This document shows, piece after piece, positions 63,131-64,000 of a stretch of 64,000 nt of DNA. The first letter of the stretch is position 1. Every line of letters begins with the position of its first letter. Source of the stretch: Rhina ancylostomus (lineage: Eukaryota). The stretch is taken from positions 10,626,961 through 10,690,960 of the forward strand of contig JARFYF010000029.1 in NCBI GenBank assembly GCA_030265395.1. Reading direction: 5' to 3'. A program made the translations under genes and the position numbers. The notes under the pieces were generated by a model. That model was not told the origin of the DNA. It did no database searches and saw only the letters and a program-made list of their open reading frames with translations.

Positions 63131-64000
63131 CTGAGCATGCTCACTCTTGTTCACTGGTGATATTTGAACTGCACTTCAACATTGAAGGTCCTCATGGAGT
63201 CCAGTGGTGGAGTGTGAATGGATGAGGAATCTGCCCAGGCTAGACTTGGGAGCAATGTTGCCATTCATTTGAATGGAGTGGGATGGTTACAAGGGGGCAT
63301 TTGGTACTTCCCAGGTACTTGAGCTAATTGCATCAATGTGTTCTCGTGATTTGGGTTTAATTGAACTTTTGAATAATTTGAATTTATTTTTGAATATTAT
63401 TGAATGTTCCCACATGTTTCTAATGTCCAGAAACATTCCAAGTTTTGTTTTGATAAGTTCAACGGCTATGCAAGCAGTTATTTGATGTGAGCCAGCTGTT
63501 AATTTTATGGATGTGGCTGGTTCTGCCCCCTCTCCTTTGATTGCATTATGTTGTGCACTGTCACTGCCCAGCGATTCACCAGCTGGGTAAATGTTGATGG
63601 GGGTTGGTCTACAGGAGGCAAAATTGTACTTGCTCTGTGGCTTGGCAATGACTGTGACAGCTGGTTACTGCCACCCAGTTCAGACCCATTAACTCCGATT
63701 AATTTTTGGTGATTAATCTTCCTGATCAGGTACCTTTTTAGAATGTATTAACATTAAAGATATTGTATAATTCCAAGTTGTTATAAAGCATGGGCTGATG
63801 ATGAAATTTTGATGCCCACAGTATTTCTGTATAATAGCTTCAATGTTTGTTGTTATTAGGCATCCAATGTCTAAGGTCAACTGTACATCTGTTGTATTCT
63901 TCTCACAATGATCCAAAACGCATCTGAGATCCATTGAGCACCCACATCAGTTCACTAAACTTAGCAAGGGGAGCTCTCCACCTCTGTAATTTTGTATAGG

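Larger units (their letters stand above)
6599..64000 (+). other. Large intron of the GRM8-like gene (>57 kb, extends beyond window)
   Basis: GT donor at 6599; no IPQISYAST-like exon seen in sequenced bases (gaps cannot be excluded). Very long introns at this position are typical of GRM7/GRM8. Confidence 0.75.

Noticed and set aside
6599-64000. miR-592, intronic in mammalian GRM8
   Set aside because: No match to the mature sequence noticed by eye; a computational search would be needed to exclude it.
1-64000. CRISPR arrays, operons, rRNA or true tRNA genes
   Set aside because: Eukaryotic intronic DNA; no regular repeat-spacer array; tRNA-like boxes are SINE heads.

Overview
Vertebrate genomic DNA, most likely a cartilaginous fish (shark/ray): the repeats are V-SINEs, Deu-domain SINEs, CR1, L2, Rex1/Babar, Tx1, RTE, Penelope-like and Harbinger relics. 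The draft assembly has many N-gaps. The only real protein-coding sequence is the first coding exon of a group III metabotropic glutamate receptor, most like GRM8 (+ strand, ATG 6095 to splice donor after 6598, 168 aa), lying in a CpG island. The remaining ~57 kb is the following intron; the next exon (expected to start IPQISYAST) was not found in the sequenced bases. Points of most interest: (i) the receptor has a GRM8-type leader but the mGlu4/7-type 'GASGSS' pocket motif; (ii) a 5'UTR with several upstream AUGs, including a uORF whose stop overlaps the main ATG; (iii) an intronic CpG islet with a hairpin and a perfect splice donor; (iv) Penelope-derived fold-back elements with hammerhead-ribozyme cores; (v) Harbinger transposase/Myb relics and several unexplained hairpins. 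I found no firm evidence of a wholly new biological system. Repeat families were recognised by eye from remembered consensus motifs and their boundaries are approximate.
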